64,000 bases of DNA from positions 1 to 64,000 of the IMG/VR virus record IMGVR_UViG_3300036770_004143; one strand, written 5' to 3'. Below are positions 60,739-64,000 of this stretch, piece by piece (positions within the stretch are counted from its first letter, which is position 1; every line of letters starts with the position of its first letter). A program made the translations under genes and the position numbers. The notes under the pieces were generated by a model. The model was not told where the DNA came from and made no database searches. It saw nothing but the letters and a program-made list of their open reading frames with translations.

Positions 60739-61721
60739 TAGGCTTCAACAATTTTTTCTAAAAAACTAAGTGTATAATCAAAATCATAATACTCAGGTAG
60801 TTTATTATCAACAAAGATAGGGGTTTCAATATATTGTCTATATAGTGACTCATTATTATCAATTTCTTTTACCAAGGCTAAAAAATCATTCAAATCTGTA
60901 AAATTATGCAAATTAATGAAACTTTCAGGATTGAAACCTTCTTCTAAAATATATTTATTACCAAAGAATATAGGTATTGCTCCACTAAAAAACGCATGAT
61001 ATATTTTTTCTTGTAAAATGTAATCAGTGTTGGTATAATGTATTGAGATATTAAATTTATATTTTTCAAAAAATCCAATTTTTTCCCTATACGTTAACCC
61101 ATCTATACGACCATTATATATTGAATTTTGCCATTGGTATTTATTTAATGCGCCATTACCATGTAAATTTTGCCTCCATGGTCCAGAGGAGGTAACTTCT
61201 TTGTATTCAGATAATTTGTCAAAAACTTGCCCTCTAAATTCATTATTTGATGCTTGAGTGATTGAGCAAAACCCAATGTTTCTTTTAGATATTAAATCAA
61301 AATTTCTTTTTTTAGTTAACCAGCTATGTGGGCTATCAACCAATCTTGATTCATCAAATAAAGTCCAAACATCAAGAACACCAGAAGGTTGTCTCAAATA
61401 TCTTTCATGTTCAAATTTATTATAACCTAATGCCCATTGATTATTATGTAAAAGTAATGGTTGGTTAAAATCGGCAACTTCACCTGAAATATATACAAAT
61501 TTTTTGTTTTCATCAGATTGATGGTGTTTTGTTGGTAGCTGGCCTGTGTAGGTATCAATTTGGTTTTCATTATAATTCAAATCAGATTGTATAATAATAT
61601 CAGGATTTATTGGGTCAATAATTATATTATATTTTTTTGATAAAATAAATTTAATATAATTCATCCAACTATGTTGCCCTATATTTGGAAACCCTTGTCT
61701 AGTAATTCTAATTGTTTTCAT
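60738..61721 (-). CDS. GT10 alpha-1,3-fucosyltransferase-like protein
   Basis: YISGE, KYKFNISI...DYILQEKIYHAFFSGAIPIFFG, FNPESFIN. Confidence 0.8.
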   Translation of the reverse strand: MKTIRITRQGFPNIGQHSWMNYIKFILSKKYNIIIDPINPDIIIQSDLNYNENQIDTYTGQLPTKHHQSDENKKFVYISGEVADFNQPLLLHNNQWALGYNKFEHERYLRQPSGVLDVWTLFDESRLVDSPHSWLTKKRNFDLISKRNIGFCSITQASNNEFRGQVFDKLSEYKEVTSSGPWRQNLHGNGALNKYQWQNSIYNGRIDGLTYREKIGFFEKYKFNISIHYTNTDYILQEKIYHAFFSGAIPIFFGNKYILEEGFNPESFINLHNFTDLNDFLALVKEIDNNESLYRQYIETPIFVDNKLPEYYDFDYTLSFLEKIVEA

Positions 61722-62412
61722 TTAATAAGTTTGTTAGTTTAATTGTATTTTCAGTATATGGCCCATTATCATGTATAATGCAGGCATTTAAATTTAATAA
61801 TGAAATTTTATTATCTTCAATAATTATACTATCTTTTGTATCCAAAGTACTAAAGAAGAAATCACACTCTTGGTCAATAATAATATCGTCATTTAATAAA
61901 TATTGAATTGTCCATCTTCCTTGGTCATCAATCCCAGTTTGATATTCTTTTTCAATAATGTCTTTAAGGTGGTAAACAATCTTATCTGTGTACCCAAAAT
62001 AAGTGCCTGAGTTCAAATATTTAGAATCGTTTATGGATCTTTTATTGTCATATAAATGCGTATAATTTGTTGGAGGCCATAAACCTTTTTCTGCACCCAT
62101 AATAATATTGCAATTTAATAGTGTAAATTTATCAATAATATCATTTGGTGGTTTGATAAAGTTTGTATCTGTCGCATCTAAAAATAAAATATATTCATAT
62201 TTGCCAATAATATTTAATTCTATATATTCTAAAACCTTTACTGTTTTATAGTAAAATAATTTATCATAGTAAGACCCATTAGTTATTAATCCTGAGTTTC
62301 TAACAATATGAATGTTATCAATAGGAAAATATTTTATGGCGTTTTTGTAAAATGTTGGCTCATAATAATCAGGATAATCAAATAGTGCTGTGATTAATGC
62401 TATTTTATTCAT
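61708..62412 (-). CDS. PLOD/LH3-type glycosyltransferase domain protein
   Basis: ILFLDATD, IIMGAEKGLWP, YLNSGTYFGY, DDQ, IIIDQECDFF, IIHDNG. Confidence 0.75.
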   Translation of the reverse strand: MNKIALITALFDYPDYYEPTFYKNAIKYFPIDNIHIVRNSGLITNGSYYDKLFYYKTVKVLEYIELNIIGKYEYILFLDATDTNFIKPPNDIIDKFTLLNCNIIMGAEKGLWPPTNYTHLYDNKRSINDSKYLNSGTYFGYTDKIVYHLKDIIEKEYQTGIDDQGRWTIQYLLNDDIIIDQECDFFFSTLDTKDSIIIEDNKISLLNLNACIIHDNGPYTENTIKLTNLLNENN

Positions 62413-62413
62413 G

Positions 62414-63052
62414 TTAATTATTATTAATTTGTTTATAAAATTCATTTATAAGATTCTCATCACTCATATATATTTTGTCTTCACCAAAAAACTTAAATGG
62501 TATTTCATTTTCCCAAAAAAATATCAATTCGTTTCCTTTTGAATTTTCAATAATTTTATTTGAATCATCATAAACTTCAATAAATGAAAATTTGGGATAA
62601 ATACAAACCATATTATTACTAATATCAATAATTTGTTTATGATGAGCATTTCCTCTATATTTATTACCCCATAAAAAAGAAAATTCATTAAATTTTGATG
62701 GTACTGCAACATATCCTTTATGTGATATTTTGGGTAATAGTTCTAACAAATCTGTTGGAGTTATTATATCTTCCAAAGTATGAGAACAAATGCTATAATC
62801 AAATTTACCATACTTGTTAACGTACTCTAATAATTCAATCCAAGTAGTTTTATCTTGTATGTTAAAGTTAAAAAATTTTACATCATCTTTTTTTATTTCA
62901 ACAATATCCGCAACAAATTTACATTCAGGATATGACCAAAATTGTAATGATGCGCCAATATCAATAGTTTTTAAATTATTATCAGATATTATTTTTTTAA
63001 CTTCATCTATTAATTGTTTAACGGATTTGTTGTATTGCCAATGTGTTATCAT
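62414..63052 (-). CDS. Class I SAM-dependent methyltransferase-like protein
   Basis: IDIGAS, FDYSICSHTLEDI, GYVAVP. Confidence 0.65.
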   Translation of the reverse strand: MITHWQYNKSVKQLIDEVKKIISDNNLKTIDIGASLQFWSYPECKFVADIVEIKKDDVKFFNFNIQDKTTWIELLEYVNKYGKFDYSICSHTLEDIITPTDLLELLPKISHKGYVAVPSKFNEFSFLWGNKYRGNAHHKQIIDISNNMVCIYPKFSFIEVYDDSNKIIENSKGNELIFFWENEIPFKFFGEDKIYMSDENLINEFYKQINNN

Positions 63053-63659
63053 AATTTTTATTTAAGAAAAATATATCTTGTTGAATTAACTCATATGTTA
63101 TTGGGTGATTTATATTACCAATAAGTTCCACAGGTTTAAACCCCAAATTATCCATATATTCGTAAACAAATTCTTTTGCTGGTGAATTTTTATTATATTC
63201 AACCAAAGAGATTTCCATTAAAATACCCTTAGCTTTTTTGAATATATCTATTCCCCCATTTATAATATCAATCTCAGACCCTTGGACATCAATTTTTATT
63301 AAATCAAATGTTTTATTTAAAAATATATTAGAAATTGTTTTAGTTTGTTTTTTTTTAATAATGATTTGATCATCATCATAAAAAGATGTGTTCTCTCGAT
63401 AAATTGAATTACCTGTACACCTTGGTTCGTTTTTTCTAATGTAAAAATCAACTTGTTTTGCAACGTCACTTAATAAATCTATTGAGTAGTCAACCCCCAA
63501 AGTACGCAATACATCTTCACAAGTTTCATTACCCTCAATCAAATAATAATAAGCATTTGGAAATACAATCATACTTTCTTTATAAAACTGACCAACATTA
63601 GCACCTATATCTAAAATTGATTTAGGTTCAAAATAATCTTTAATTTTTTCTAAACCCAT
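63018..63659 (-). CDS. FkbM-family methyltransferase
   Basis: ILDIGANVG, IEGN, LIKIDVQGSE..I..G, LMEIS, QQDIFF. Confidence 0.85.
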   Translation of the reverse strand: MGLEKIKDYFEPKSILDIGANVGQFYKESMIVFPNAYYYLIEGNETCEDVLRTLGVDYSIDLLSDVAKQVDFYIRKNEPRCTGNSIYRENTSFYDDDQIIIKKKQTKTISNIFLNKTFDLIKIDVQGSEIDIINGGIDIFKKAKGILMEISLVEYNKNSPAKEFVYEYMDNLGFKPVELIGNINHPITYELIQQDIFFLNKNYDNTLAIQQIR

Positions 63660-63665
63660 AATGAA

Positions 63666-64000
63666 TTAAAAAATTACTACCCCAGTTCCGGTTAAATGAC
63701 CTAAATGTGAAATATCTATTTTATTAATATCAATAAACTTCCAAAAAGTAATCATTTCTTCATTTAATTTTATGTCATCTAGTAAAAGATAACCTTTGTA
63801 ATTTATTTCCTTTAAATAATTGAAAAAAGTTTTCTCAAATGTTCCATCATGGAAAGTATCAAGCAAAATATATCTTGAACTTAATATTAAATCTAAATAT
63901 TCTGGTTTTAATATGTCATCAATATATACATTAATATTTGTAGGGGTAACTGTTAAAGTTAATTGATTATGTAAATTAAATGTATTAATTTTATTACTTG
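63666..64000 (-). CDS. Methyltransf_24-like methyltransferase, C-terminal part (start outside window)
   Basis: Frame open to the window edge; LDTFHDG..E, GYLLLDDI, GH.TGTG. Confidence 0.65.
   Translation of the reverse strand, partial: SNKINTFNLHNQLTLTVTPTNINVYIDDILKPEYLDLILSSRYILLDTFHDGTFEKTFFNYLKEINYKGYLLLDDIKLNEEMITFWKFIDINKIDISHLGHLTGTGVVIF

Noticed and set aside
1-64000. Stop-codon reassignment as in some jumbo phages
   Set aside because: Genes are full length and densely packed under the standard code; TAG and TGA terminate genes (e.g. SOD, chaperone, LRR genes)
49892-64000. Right third as host chromosome (prophage boundary)
   Set aside because: No integrase or att site; composition and the TATTTAT motif continue; no housekeeping synteny. 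Chimerism cannot be fully excluded without reads.
1-64000. tRNA or rRNA genes
   Set aside because: Intergenic gaps are short and AT-rich; no cloverleaf or rRNA-like segment recognised by eye

Overview
AT-rich, gene-dense 64 kb segment of a large (jumbo-type) myovirus with T4-like core genes. The host is most likely a Bacteroidota bacterium, based on TTTG-N19-TAnnTTTG promoters and a Bacteroidota-type TonB-dependent receptor. Standard genetic code. In order: a replication module (nrdA start, intein-containing nrdB, a helicase fractured by a split intein plus free-standing endonuclease, 5'-3' exonuclease, RecA/UvsX, SSB); a contractile-tail module (hub, solo TnpB insertion, wedge, OmpA-domain baseplate protein, tape measure, chaperone with a likely +1 frameshift, tube, sheath, mucin-like Thr/Pro fibre, terminator and neck proteins); a SNF2 helicase; an array of eight mosaic LRR genes; SOD; PolB; a full-length TonB-dependent receptor; MetK; and a glycosyl-/methyltransferase cluster running off the right end. 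Best candidates for new biology: (1) a phage mucin-type protein O-glycosylation system (GT60-like initiator, elongating GTs, methylases, MetK, and a Thr/Pro fibre as substrate), (2) a shuffled LRR receptor-like repertoire, (3) a gp41-type split intein whose endonuclease appears controlled by an RNA hairpin, (4) a phage-encoded outer-membrane transporter. All assignments come from motif recognition by eye; no database searches were run.
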